Counted from the stretch's first letter, positions 29,768 to 39,091 are shown. The stretch is 64,000 nucleotides of DNA from an uncultured delta proteobacterium (GCA_963711565.1 CAVQEQ010000004.1:480001-544000), one strand, 5' to 3'. The notes: generated from the letters alone by a model not told the origin. Numbers and translations are program-made.

Positions 29768-30830
29768 CGCGTGCCGCCAGCCAATTCGTGATTTGGGGCC
29801 ATAGCCGCTTGAGCGAGTCGGCGCTAATCGCCGCGCCCATGTGACCGGTCGGATAGTGCAGGTTCTGCTTGTCGTCGCTCGACACCAGCTCGGGCAGCGG
29901 CTCGCTCGACGCGGGATTGACGATATCGTCGCGGTCGCCGATTACGTTGAGCAGCGGGCACATGATGCGCGTGAGGTCCGCAATCGATTCGCCGACTTTC
30001 ATCGTGCCTTTCATCAGCGAGTTCTCGCGCCACATCTCGGAGGTCTCAAGGAAGATTCGACCAGCCATCGGCACGTCGCTATGGAGCCATCGCTCGAATA
30101 GCTTGAACGTGTCCAGATAGCCGGGGCGCGCCGAGCTGCGGTATGCGCCGACGAACTTGTCGAGCAGGTGATGCGTGGGCGCGAGCGTGTTGAAGAACGA
30201 GTACATCATCCAGGCCGGCGCGTTGCCGTAGAGATCGACGATCGTTTTGGCGCTGCGCGTGGTCATCGCGGCCGTCAGGTGCTCGATCGGCAACTGGCGC
30301 GGGCTGGTGTCGAGCGGAATCGTTAGGGTGATGAGATTCTTGACGTTGCCGCTGTGCAATGCGCTGTAGATAAGGCCGAGCAATGCGCCGAAGCAGTAGC
30401 CCAGGATCGAGATCTGCTGGATGCCGGTGTAAATCTGGATGGCGCGGACGGCGTTGGCGATATCGGTGTTTACGTACTCGTCGAAGCCGTGATCCTTGTC
30501 GCCCGCGCGCGGCGGTATCCAGTCGATCAGGTAAACGTCGAAGCCCTGCTTGACGAGATATTCGACGACGCTGCGGCCCGGCTGGAGGTCGAGGATGAAG
30601 GGGCGCTTGATGAGCGAGTAGATCAGGAGCAGGGGCACGGCTTTCTTGTTGGCGCCGCGCGCCTCGTAGTGGCGCAGCCGCACCAGGCCCGACTCGTAGA
30701 TGACGCGCGAGCGCGTCGCGGGCGGCGGGTCGTCCATGGTGGCGCCGAAGCCGGTGCGAAACGCGTCGAGCGTCCGCATCGTGCCTTCCATCCAGAGCGA
30801 GGCGATTTCGTTAATTGCCGACATCTTCAC
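29760..30830 (-). CDS. phaC: Class III polyhydroxyalkanoate synthase
   Basis: About 356 aa; PLLLIYSLI.RP.ILDL.PGRS, GFDVYLIDW, lipase box GYCFG, G..DDIV and TGHMG (Cys-Asp-His triad). Confidence 0.9.
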   Translation of the reverse strand: MKMSAINEIASLWMEGTMRTLDAFRTGFGATMDDPPPATRSRVIYESGLVRLRHYEARGANKKAVPLLLIYSLIKRPFILDLQPGRSVVEYLVKQGFDVYLIDWIPPRAGDKDHGFDEYVNTDIANAVRAIQIYTGIQQISILGYCFGALLGLIYSALHSGNVKNLITLTIPLDTSPRQLPIEHLTAAMTTRSAKTIVDLYGNAPAWMMYSFFNTLAPTHHLLDKFVGAYRSSARPGYLDTFKLFERWLHSDVPMAGRIFLETSEMWRENSLMKGTMKVGESIADLTRIMCPLLNVIGDRDDIVNPASSEPLPELVSSDDKQNLHYPTGHMGAAISADSLKRLWPQITNWLAARDD

Positions 30831-31473
30831 TCAGCTCCATCGGATCCGCGCCGGGCCATCCCGACCAGACCGAGAATTGGTAAACGCTGGTCTTCTTGGC
30901 CGGTACGGTCGAGGGATCGACGAGGGCCGCGGGATGTCCGTTGGTTTTGCGAGCGGAAGTTTTTTCGTCGGCTTGCTGGGTTACGATCGACTCGCGGACC
31001 GCAATGTGAAGTTCGCTGGCGAAGTCGTCCTTCGAGTCGCGCTCGGCGACGGCGTCGCGCAATTCCTCGCGCATCGCGCGTACGTCGCCGCGAATCGCCT
31101 CGACCTCAGCCGCCGACGGCAGGCCGACCGCAGGCCACAGCGCCGAGAAGAACGCGCCCGCGACGGCGGTGTTGAAGCGCTGGTATCGCAGCATGATATC
31201 GATCGCACCGCCGAGCACCTGGCCGACGGTGGGACTGGTGAGGACGCGATTGGTGGCGTTGTTGGCAGCGCCGATAACGGTGTCGTACGCTTTCCAGCCA
31301 AGCTCACGAACCTGGCGATCGATTCCCTTGCCGGCGATATCGGCCACCATCCGCTTTACTTTGGCGGTCGGCGGCTCGGGCATCAGGCATTGTGCGAGTT
31401 TCAAAATCTCGTCGGAAAAAGTCGAGTCGGTGGAATTCAGTTTGCTCCTTGGGTTGTCGTTGTTGGTGGCCAT
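30811..31473 (-). CDS. phaE: PhaE-like PHA synthase subunit
   Basis: Overlaps the phaC start; GLPSAAEVEAIRGDVRAMREEL resembles the PhaE C-terminal LP(T/S)..E coiled-coil box. Confidence 0.6.
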   Translation of the reverse strand: MATNNDNPRSKLNSTDSTFSDEILKLAQCLMPEPPTAKVKRMVADIAGKGIDRQVRELGWKAYDTVIGAANNATNRVLTSPTVGQVLGGAIDIMLRYQRFNTAVAGAFFSALWPAVGLPSAAEVEAIRGDVRAMREELRDAVAERDSKDDFASELHIAVRESIVTQQADEKTSARKTNGHPAALVDPSTVPAKKTSVYQFSVWSGWPGADPMELSEDVGN

Positions 31474-31572
31474 CGGGGATTCCTCTCAGGTTCAGTGAAC
31501 GTATGCCTCAGTCTTGGCTAAGTAAGTTGCGGTAATATGACAGTTAGGTCAAGCATTAGATACACTTACGTT

Positions 31573-31638
31573 TGTCGCAGGTGTGACAAAAGGGGCAAAT
31601 CGGGGAGAAAAATCGCGCACACTGTCACATTCGCGACA
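31573..31638. promoter_or_regulatory. Two palindromic sites, TGTCRC-N4-GYGACA
   Basis: TGTCGC-AGGT-GTGACA (31573-31588) and TGTCAC-ATTC-GCGACA (31623-31638) in the pha/crp divergent intergenic region. Confidence 0.6.
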
Positions 31639-31740
31639 ATTACGTCGATTGTGGTAGGCATCGAGTGTACTGCGAGCGCCCCTAACCGACGCTCGCGAAG
31701 CTCGTCGATCTCTCCTGCGGGAAAGTTGTGATGGGGAAAT

Positions 31741-32448
31741 ATGGCGGCGGAAGGCAATGTAGATCCTAAATCGCTCACGCGCCTCAAGTCGCTGGCGTGG
31801 ATGCATCCGGAGCAGGCGCGGCAATTGGCGGCGGCGTCCGCGCCGCTCAAGGTGCCGCGCGAAGGCGCGATTTTCAGCGAGGGCGAGGCCTCGAGCCACG
31901 TCTACATCCTGCTGTCGGGCGTGGCGAAGCTCTGCTACGTGAATCGCGAGCAGCGCGTACTCGTGGGATTCGTCGGACCGGGTGAGGTGTTTGGATTGTC
32001 GTCGCTGCTGCCGCAAACCACGCGGCCGTTTCGATGCGAGGCGTACAGCGATTGTCTCGTTGCGGTGGTGAAGCCGGAAATTTTTGTGGATACTGTCCTC
32101 GGCGTTCCGCTTGAGCGCCTGAGTATAATCCTCGACGCGACGGTCGGGCGATGGTGGGGAATGCTGGTGCGCTATGCGAACTTCGTGGGGCTGGGACTGC
32201 GCGAGCGGCTGGCGGGGGCGCTGCTCGAGTTGGCGGAAAAATTCGGCGTGCGCGATTCGCGCGGCACGCTGCTGACGATCAAGCTGACCCATGCGGATTT
32301 GGCGGAGCTGGTGGGTGCGTCACGGCAGCGCACGACCGAGCAGCTCAACGACTTCGAGCGCGAGGGCGTGATTACTCGCGAAGGACGGCGGCTGATAATC
32401 GTGCCGGAGAAATTGTGGCAGCTCGCGCAGATGCCGCATCCGAATTGA
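31741..32448 (+). CDS. Crp/Fnr-family transcriptional regulator
   Basis: IF.EG...HVYILLSG.AK, GPGEVFG, RERLA..LL.LA..FG and LTHADLAELVGASRQ HTH. Confidence 0.93.
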   Translation: MAAEGNVDPKSLTRLKSLAWMHPEQARQLAAASAPLKVPREGAIFSEGEASSHVYILLSGVAKLCYVNREQRVLVGFVGPGEVFGLSSLLPQTTRPFRCEAYSDCLVAVVKPEIFVDTVLGVPLERLSIILDATVGRWWGMLVRYANFVGLGLRERLAGALLELAEKFGVRDSRGTLLTIKLTHADLAELVGASRQRTTEQLNDFEREGVITREGRRLIIVPEKLWQLAQMPHPN

Positions 32449-32467
32449 ACTGCGGGAAAACAAAACG

Positions 32468-33301
32468 ATGGCAGCGGATAAATTCGTCAACGCGAACGGG
32501 CTTCGGCTTCACTACCTGGATTACGGCAACGAGGGCGCGCCGTGGGTCGCCTGCGTCCATGGCCTGACCGGCAACGCGCACAACTTCGACGCGCTCGCGG
32601 CGCATCTGGCGGCGAAGTATCACGTGATTTCGGTCAACGTGCGCGGGCGCGGCGACAGTCAGTGGGGTCCGCCGACCGAATATCTCAATCAGAATTACGT
32701 GACCGATCTGGCGAAGATGCTCGAGGAGTTGGGCGTTGCACGCGCAAGCCTGATCGGCACGTCGATGGGCGGGATAATCTCGATGATGTACGCGGGCGGA
32801 TGGCCCGAGCGAGTCGAGCGGCTGGTGATCAACGATATTGGGCCCGAGATCGATCCGAAGGGCGCGGCGCGAATCGCGGGTTACGTCGGCGAGGCGCCCG
32901 AGCGATTCAAGGACATCAACGAAGTCGTGGAGTACTACAAGAAAAATTATCCGCCGATGGCGAAGTTGGCGAACAGCGTCGTCGCCGATCAGGTGAAGTG
33001 GTCGGTCAAGCCGGATGCCGATGGCGAGCTGGTTTGGAAGATGGATCCCAACGTGCGGCGGCCGCTGCGCGGCGCCACCGCGCAGCAACGATTCGATTTG
33101 TGGGTGCCGTATGCGCGCATCGTGTGCCCGACGCTAATCGTGCGCGGCGCGGACAGCGACATCCTGGACAGCGCGACGGCGAACCGGATGTGCAAGGTGC
33201 ACAAGCGCGCGAAGACCGTCGAGGTGCCGGGTGTGGGTCACGCGCCGTCGTTGACGGAGCCCGAGTCGCTCGCCGCCATCGAGGAGCTTTTCGGGACCTG
33301 A
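32468..33301 (+). CDS. Alpha/beta hydrolase
   Basis: HGLT.NA, RG.G.S, GTSMGG, NDIGPE, RGADSD and GVGHAP motifs. Confidence 0.9.
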   Translation: MAADKFVNANGLRLHYLDYGNEGAPWVACVHGLTGNAHNFDALAAHLAAKYHVISVNVRGRGDSQWGPPTEYLNQNYVTDLAKMLEELGVARASLIGTSMGGIISMMYAGGWPERVERLVINDIGPEIDPKGAARIAGYVGEAPERFKDINEVVEYYKKNYPPMAKLANSVVADQVKWSVKPDADGELVWKMDPNVRRPLRGATAQQRFDLWVPYARIVCPTLIVRGADSDILDSATANRMCKVHKRAKTVEVPGVGHAPSLTEPESLAAIEELFGT

Positions 33302-33337
33302 AATCTACTTCTGTGCGATCCTGAGCGAAGCGAATCC

Positions 33338-33492
33338 TTGCCTCGCCCGTTTGAGGGGAGAGGCCGACGCTCGTCTTCGAGCGGCGGGTGAGGGACCAAA
33401 TTTTCCGAGATTGCGGATGTGCTGCGCAACAGACAATCGCGCCGCACAAATGTCCCTCACCCTAACCCTCTCCCCACGTGGGGCGAGGGAAT
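33338..33492. repeat. REP-like family B, inverted pair
   Basis: cctcgccc.tttgaggggagagg...gggtgagggac and gtccctcaccctaaccctctcccc.cgtggggcgaggg between convergent genes. Confidence 0.7.
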
Positions 33493-33521
33493 TGGAAGGA
33501 GGGGAATCAAACCAGATTGGA

Positions 33522-34547
33522 TCAGTGCGGGAATTCCACCATCACCTTCGCGCGAGTGCCGGGACGCTTCAACTCGGTAAACATCGCGGGCACTTCGTCA
33601 ACGTTGATCACGTCGGTGATCATCGGTGTCGCGTCGATTGTGCCGTTGGCCAGAGCGTCTATCGTCTCCTGGAATTCGCTGCGGGTGTAGGCGAGCGCGA
33701 AATTGATTTGCAGTTCTTTCATCACGCAGGTCAACGGGAAGATGCTGTCTGACTCCAGGCATACGCCGATAACGACCACCTGGCCATGTCGCCCGACCAT
33801 CCCGATCGCGGCGCCGAGCGTCGATTTCACGCCGATACATTCGAAGACGACATCGGGCGCTCGCCCGGTGATCGATTTGACTGCGTCGGCGGGATCGCTT
33901 TCCGTCGGATTCACGACCGCGCTGGCGCCCAGTTTCATCGCCAGCTCAGTGCGGCCGGGGGCGAGTTCCGACACGACGACCGCGCTCGCGCCCTTGGCCT
34001 TGGCCCATATCAACGTTGAGAGGCCGATCGGCCCCGCGCCCATCACGACTACTCCCATCCCCGGCTCGATCGACGCGTGGTTCACGCCGTGGAGACCGAC
34101 CGAGAGCGGCTCGACCAGCGCGCCGGCGCGGGAGCTGACGTTGGCGGGAAGCTTGAGCAGGCTCGCCGCGCTGCATGCGACGAACTCGGCGTAAGCGCCG
34201 GGTAGCTGGCCGAGTCCGAGGCTGCGGAGCCTGGAACAATGCATCGCGTCGTCGCGTTGGCACCATGCGCACACGCCGCACGCGAAGTACGGCAGCGAGG
34301 TGACCCGATCGCCGAGCTGGTAGCCGTTGACGTTGGGCCCCATCGCGTGAATCTCGCCGCAGAATTCATGGCCCATCACGGTGTCGGCCGCCATTCCGAT
34401 TCCATATTGGACGGCGTGCAGATCAGAACCGCAAATTCCGCAGTTGTGCACCTTGAGCACGACTTCGCCCGCGCCGGCGATGGGATTGGGCACGTCGATC
34501 ACGGCCATCTCGTCTCTTTTCTTGAACACCGCTGCTTTCATCGCCAA
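33522..34547 (-). CDS. Zn-dependent medium-chain alcohol dehydrogenase
   Basis: CGICGSDLH, MGHEFCG, C..C..C structural Zn site, LVEPL and GAGPIGL motifs. Confidence 0.93.
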   Translation of the reverse strand: MAMKAAVFKKRDEMAVIDVPNPIAGAGEVVLKVHNCGICGSDLHAVQYGIGMAADTVMGHEFCGEIHAMGPNVNGYQLGDRVTSLPYFACGVCAWCQRDDAMHCSRLRSLGLGQLPGAYAEFVACSAASLLKLPANVSSRAGALVEPLSVGLHGVNHASIEPGMGVVVMGAGPIGLSTLIWAKAKGASAVVVSELAPGRTELAMKLGASAVVNPTESDPADAVKSITGRAPDVVFECIGVKSTLGAAIGMVGRHGQVVVIGVCLESDSIFPLTCVMKELQINFALAYTRSEFQETIDALANGTIDATPMITDVINVDEVPAMFTELKRPGTRAKVMVEFPH

Positions 34548-34586
34548 CCAACCTTTCTTCGAACGCGCGAAGCGAACAAAGGGCGC

Positions 34587-34970
34587 TTACTTTTGCTGTA
34601 TCAGTTCGATCTTGTAGCCGTTGGGATCCTCGATAAACGCAATCGCTGTGGTCCCGTGCTTCATCGGGCCGGGCTCGCGCACGACGTTGACACCCTTTTG
34701 CTTGAGCTCGGCGCAGGTTTTGTAAATGTCATCGACGCCGAGCGCGACGTGTCCATAGGCGGTGCCGATTTCATACTTCGAGGTTCCCCAATTCCAGGTC
34801 AGCTCGATGACGGCGGTTTCTTTCTCGTCGCCGTAGCCGACGAAGGCCAACGTGAACTCGCCGCCGGGAAAGTCGTGCTTGCGCAGCAGTTTCATCCCGA
34901 GCTTGTCGCAGTAAAACTTGAGCGACTCGTCGAGGTTATTCACTCGGAGCATCGTGTGCAGAAGGCGCAT
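34587..34970 (-). CDS. gloA: Lactoylglutathione lyase (glyoxalase I)
   Basis: [32 protein letters not shown] and AFIEDP.GYKIELI motifs. Confidence 0.97.
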   Translation of the reverse strand: MRLLHTMLRVNNLDESLKFYCDKLGMKLLRKHDFPGGEFTLAFVGYGDEKETAVIELTWNWGTSKYEIGTAYGHVALGVDDIYKTCAELKQKGVNVVREPGPMKHGTTAIAFIEDPNGYKIELIQQK

Positions 34971-34974
34971 GCGC

Positions 34975-35265
34975 TTATCCTCTCGGCTTTTCCGATTTGT
35001 CGCGAGCGCGGCGGGAGTCGATCGCCCGGTTTAGCTCGCCCTTGATTTCGGCGAAGACGTCTTCGGTCGGCGCGATCCCTGCGGCCTTCATCCGCTCGAC
35101 CAGTTCGTAGCGCTCGAGCGCGAGCATCTGCTTGGCTTCATGCTCATGCAGGCGCTTGACCCGCACCAGTTCGAGGATCGCGAGCTCGCGCACGCGTGCA
35201 GCGAAGTCGAACTCGGTAAACTGGGCGTCGAAGAGGTCGTCTGGTAGATCGAGTTTCAGATTCAC
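34975..35265 (-). CDS. UPF0175-like small protein
   Basis: L.LDLPDD...[12 protein letters not shown]....A..ML..ERYE...M...GI pattern; ends 4 nt before the gloA start. Confidence 0.6.
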   Translation of the reverse strand: MNLKLDLPDDLFDAQFTEFDFAARVRELAILELVRVKRLHEHEAKQMLALERYELVERMKAAGIAPTEDVFAEIKGELNRAIDSRRARDKSEKPRG

Positions 35266-35436
35266 AAAGTGCTCAGTCTCCGACTCTCCGCAATCGGGAA
35301 AGTATTGTCAATCGGTGGAGAGGAGGAGCAGCCTTTGCAGAGTACCGGGCTAATGTTTTAAGTTCATGCGCGAGAATAGTTTGCCGATCGTCAACAGCCG
35401 GTACAGGCCGTCGAGCCGTGCCAGGAGAATTGCGCG

Positions 35437-36627
35437 ATGGATTTCAATTTCAATCCCGAAGACGAAGCGTTCCGGATGGAGTTTCGCGAGTGGCTCAACG
35501 CCAACAAGCAGTTCGCGCCGCATATGGGCGAGACCACGATCGGAATGGCCGAGGGCCGCGGCGAGTTCGACCAACAGAAGCGATGGGCGAAAAAGATGGC
35601 CGAGGGCAGGTGGCTCGCGCCGAGCTGGCCGGAGAAATACGGCGGACGCGGCGCCGGCATCCTGCAGAACATCGTCTACGGCGAGGAGCTCGCGCGCGCG
35701 GGCGTCACCGCACCGATGATCGGGATGGGCATCAGCTTGTTCGGGCCGACGTTGTTGCATTGGGGGACCGAGGAGCAGAAGCAGCGCTTTATCCCGCCGA
35801 TCATGAAAGCCGAAGAAATCTGGTGCCAGGGATATTCCGAGCCGGGTTCGGGCTCCGACCTCGCATCGCTGCAGACGCGCGCGGTCGAGGACGGCGACTA
35901 CTTCGTCGTCAACGGGCAGAAAGTGTGGACGTCGATCGCGCAGCATGCCGACTGGATCTTCCTGCTCGTCCGCACGGACCCCGACGCGCCCAAGCACAAG
36001 GGGATCAGCTACCTGATGGTGGATATGCACAGTCCCGGTGTGTCGGTGCGCCCGCTGGTGCAGATCACGGGCAACAAGGGATTTAACGAAGTATTTTTCG
36101 AAGACGTTCGCGTGCCGAAGAAAAATCTCGTCGGTGAGAAGAACCAGGGCTGGCAGGTCGCGATTACGACGCTGATGTTCGAGCGCTCGGGCGGCGGCGG
36201 CGATCGCGGTGGAATGTCGCAAGTGCGCGAATTGACCTCGCTTGCAAAATCCCTGCAGCGCAACGGCGCGACCGCATGGGATGACGCGAGCGTGCGGCAG
36301 AAGATCGCCGAGTTCGCATGCGAGGCGACTGCGCTGCGCTACACCGGATATCGTCAGCTCACGCGGCGGCTGAAGGGGATGCCGCCGGGGCCGGAAGGCT
36401 CGATGATGAAGCTGTGCGGCACCGAATTGAACATGCGAATCCAACTATTCGCGATGGAGTTGCTCGGGCCTTACAGCCAGATGGAGTACAAGGCGCCGTT
36501 CGCGATCGACAAGGGCAAGTGGTCGTTCCGGATGTTGGCGGCGCGCGGCGGCACGATAGCTGCCGGCAGCAATCAGATCCAACATAATATTATCGGTGAG
36601 CGCGTGCTGGGACTGCCCAAGGGATGA
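35437..36627 (+). CDS. Acyl-CoA dehydrogenase (paralog 2)
   Basis: Same motifs as paralog 1; C-terminal TIAAGSNQIQHNIIGERVLGLPKG. Confidence 0.95.
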   Translation: MDFNFNPEDEAFRMEFREWLNANKQFAPHMGETTIGMAEGRGEFDQQKRWAKKMAEGRWLAPSWPEKYGGRGAGILQNIVYGEELARAGVTAPMIGMGISLFGPTLLHWGTEEQKQRFIPPIMKAEEIWCQGYSEPGSGSDLASLQTRAVEDGDYFVVNGQKVWTSIAQHADWIFLLVRTDPDAPKHKGISYLMVDMHSPGVSVRPLVQITGNKGFNEVFFEDVRVPKKNLVGEKNQGWQVAITTLMFERSGGGGDRGGMSQVRELTSLAKSLQRNGATAWDDASVRQKIAEFACEATALRYTGYRQLTRRLKGMPPGPEGSMMKLCGTELNMRIQLFAMELLGPYSQMEYKAPFAIDKGKWSFRMLAARGGTIAAGSNQIQHNIIGERVLGLPKG

Positions 36628-36653
36628 TTGAATATCCGAAATGGGTTTCATCC

Positions 36654-36760
36654 GTTCCCCCTTTCCAGCGTGGAAAGGGGGCGAGGGGGATAGGACGGGA
36701 GATGAGCTCCATTTCTCGGTTCCCCTTCCCATTCGTGGGAAGGGGTTAGGGGTTAGGTTC
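36654..36760. repeat. REP-like family B, tandem hairpins
   Basis: CCCCCTTTCCA-GCG-TGGAAAGGGGG and CCCCTTCCCA-TTCG-TGGGAAGGGG-TTAGGGGTTAGG. Confidence 0.7.
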
Positions 36761-36791
36761 TTTTACTATTACTCTAAGGGATAGGTTCTGT

Positions 36792-37973
36792 ATGGATTTT
36801 AACTATACGCCGGAAGACGAGGCATTTCGCGGAGAGCTGCGCGCGTGGCTCGAAGCCAACAAGAAATTCGCGCCGCCGCCCGCGAACATCATGGCCGACG
36901 AGGGCGCCGGTGACTGGGAGGCTCGCGTCAACTGGCACAAGAAGCTCAACGAGGGCGGCTGGGTCGCCGTCAACTGGCCCAAGGAATACGGCGGGCGAGG
37001 CGCTACCGTGATGCAGCGGCTAATCTATCGCGAGGAGCTCACCCGCCTCGGCCTGAGCGAGCCGTTCATCGGAATGGGTATCAGTCTGCTCGGGCCGACG
37101 CTGATGCATTGGGGGACCGAGGATCAGAAGAAAAATCACATTCCGAAAATTCTCAAGGGCGAAGAAATCTGGTGCCAAGGATATTCGGAGCCGGGCTCTG
37201 GCTCGGACTTGGCGTCGGTGCAGACGCGCGCGATCGACGACGGCGACGATTTCGTCGTCAACGGGCAGAAAGTCTGGACCTCGATGGCGCAGCATGCGGA
37301 CATGATTTTCGCACTCGTGCGCACCGATCCCGACGCGCCCAAGCACAAGGGCATCAGCTACCTGCTGGTCGATATGCACAGTCCCGGCGTCACGGTACGG
37401 CCGCTGGTGCAGATGACGGGCGGCAAGGGCTTCAACGAAGTTTTCTTCGAGGACGTGCGCGTGCCGAAGAAAAATATCGTCGGCGAGCGCAACAACGGCT
37501 GGCAGGTCGCGATGACCACGCTGATGTTCGAGCGCGGCAGCGGCGGCGGCGAAGGCTACCTCGGCGAAGTGCATGAGCTGGCGCGCCTCGCCAAACGGAT
37601 CCCGCGTAACGGCAGCAACGCCTGGGACGATTCGAGCGTGCGGCAACGCGTGGCGGAGTTCGCGGCCGAGGCGCTGGCGCTTCGCTATACCGGCTATCGC
37701 CAGTTGACGCGTCAATTGAAGGGACTGCCGCCGGGCCCGGAAGGCTCGATGATGAAGCTGTGCGGCACCGAGCTCGGACTCAAGATCGCGCTGTACGCGA
37801 TGGAACTGCTCGGGCCGTACAGCCAGCTCGAATTCAACGCGCCGTTCGCCGTCAACAAAGGCAAATGGTCGTTCAGAATGCTGGCGGCGCGTGGTCCGAC
37901 AATCTACGCCGGCACGAATCAGATCCAGCACAACATCATAGGCGAGCGAGTGCTGGGACTGCCCAAGGGCTAG
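36792..37973 (+). CDS. Acyl-CoA dehydrogenase (paralog 3)
   Basis: Same motifs; C-terminal TIYAGTNQIQHNIIGERVLGLPKG. Confidence 0.95.
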   Translation: MDFNYTPEDEAFRGELRAWLEANKKFAPPPANIMADEGAGDWEARVNWHKKLNEGGWVAVNWPKEYGGRGATVMQRLIYREELTRLGLSEPFIGMGISLLGPTLMHWGTEDQKKNHIPKILKGEEIWCQGYSEPGSGSDLASVQTRAIDDGDDFVVNGQKVWTSMAQHADMIFALVRTDPDAPKHKGISYLLVDMHSPGVTVRPLVQMTGGKGFNEVFFEDVRVPKKNIVGERNNGWQVAMTTLMFERGSGGGEGYLGEVHELARLAKRIPRNGSNAWDDSSVRQRVAEFAAEALALRYTGYRQLTRQLKGLPPGPEGSMMKLCGTELGLKIALYAMELLGPYSQLEFNAPFAVNKGKWSFRMLAARGPTIYAGTNQIQHNIIGERVLGLPKG

Positions 37974-37996
37974 GGGAAGGGTAGATCACTTAATCT

Positions 37997-38063
37997 AATG
38001 TGAAACCCGCGGTGGGTTTCACGCTTCCTTCGGCAGGGGTGACCCCTGCACCCGGTGCTAAGA
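37997..38063 (+). repeat. Repeat family A, full copy
   Basis: AATGTGAAACCCGCGGTGGGTTTCACGCTTCCTTCGGCAGGGGTGACCCCTGCACCCGGTGCTAAGA. Confidence 0.9.
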
Positions 38064-38095
38064 AAGCCGGACGCGCGGCGCGTCCCCGCTATCCG

Positions 38096-38260
38096 GTTCC
38101 CCTTCGCGCTCAGGAAATCCGGTTCTCTTTCCCGTGCGAGAGCATTGCTGGTCCCCCTTTCCGCCCCGGAAAGGGGGCTATGGGAATAGGACAAAGGTGC
38201 GCTTCGACATTTCTTCCGGTTCCCCTTCCCGCGCGGGAAGGGGTCAGGGGTTAGGTTCTT
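38096..38260. repeat. REP-like family B, tandem hairpins
   Basis: CCCCCTTTCCG-CCC-CGGAAAGGGGG and CCCCTTCCCG-CG-CGGGAAGGGG-TCAGGGGTTAGG; same arrangement as 36654-36760. Confidence 0.7.
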
Positions 38261-38323
38261 CTCCGTCCGACTCTTGCTATCAACATTCATTACGCCAATT
38301 TTACTTTACAGTTAATTCATTTC

Positions 38324-39091
38324 GTGGCAGTGTCGCGCCAACGCGCAATCTGTATGCTGCTGCAACTCACCGCTTCCGCTTACTTCGACTTCCTGAATCA
38401 ATTCGCTTCCCTCGCCCGTGACCCCGTCGGCTACGGCGTCGGAGTGCCGCGCGGCGACGGCCGTCCCGTACTGCTGATTCCTGGATTCACCGCGGGCGAT
38501 TGGTCGCTCGGAACCCTGGCGCGATGGCTGGGGCGCGTCGGGTACAAGCCGTACCTGTCGGGAATCGATCTCAACGTCGGATGCCCGCGGCGCAAGGTGG
38601 AACTGGTTGGATGGCGGGTCGAAAAGATCGCACGCGAATCCGGCCAGCGCGTCACGATCATCGGGCATAGCCTCGGCGGCGTGCTCGGACGCGCAATCGC
38701 CGCGTCGAATCCCGCGATCGTGCGCGAAGTGATCGCATTGGGATCGCCGATTCGCAGCGGATGGACGGGAGTACACGATCAAGTGCGGCCCGCGTTGCAG
38801 GCGATCCAGACATTCTGGCAGACGTTCTCCAGCGCGCCCGCAAACTGCGGGACGATGGAATGCTCGTGCGGCATCGCCGACGCCGTGTTCGCGCCGACAC
38901 CCGAGACCAGCCGCTTCAGCGCGATCTACACGCGCCGCGACGAGGTGGTGCAATGGCAATCGTGCATCGACGACACCGGGGCCAATTACGAAGTGTCGGG
39001 ATTGCACGTGAGCTTGATCGTCAATCGCGAGGTCTATCGAATCCTCGGCGCCATCCTCGCGGACGCCGGATTCGAGAACGCCGCCGCTTGA
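38324..39091 (+). CDS. Lipase/esterase-type alpha/beta hydrolase (start 38324 or 38354)
   Basis: PRGDGRPVLLIPGF, GHSLGG, LGSP, YTR.D.VV.W and V.G.H motifs. Confidence 0.88.
   Translation: MAVSRQRAICMLLQLTASAYFDFLNQFASLARDPVGYGVGVPRGDGRPVLLIPGFTAGDWSLGTLARWLGRVGYKPYLSGIDLNVGCPRRKVELVGWRVEKIARESGQRVTIIGHSLGGVLGRAIAASNPAIVREVIALGSPIRSGWTGVHDQVRPALQAIQTFWQTFSSAPANCGTMECSCGIADAVFAPTPETSRFSAIYTRRDEVVQWQSCIDDTGANYEVSGLHVSLIVNREVYRILGAILADAGFENAAA

Noticed and set aside
37970-38421. Small ORFs across the intergenic repeat cluster (also 33238-33752 and 48064-48438)
   Set aside because: They are translations of REP-like hairpins with no RBS or coding pattern.
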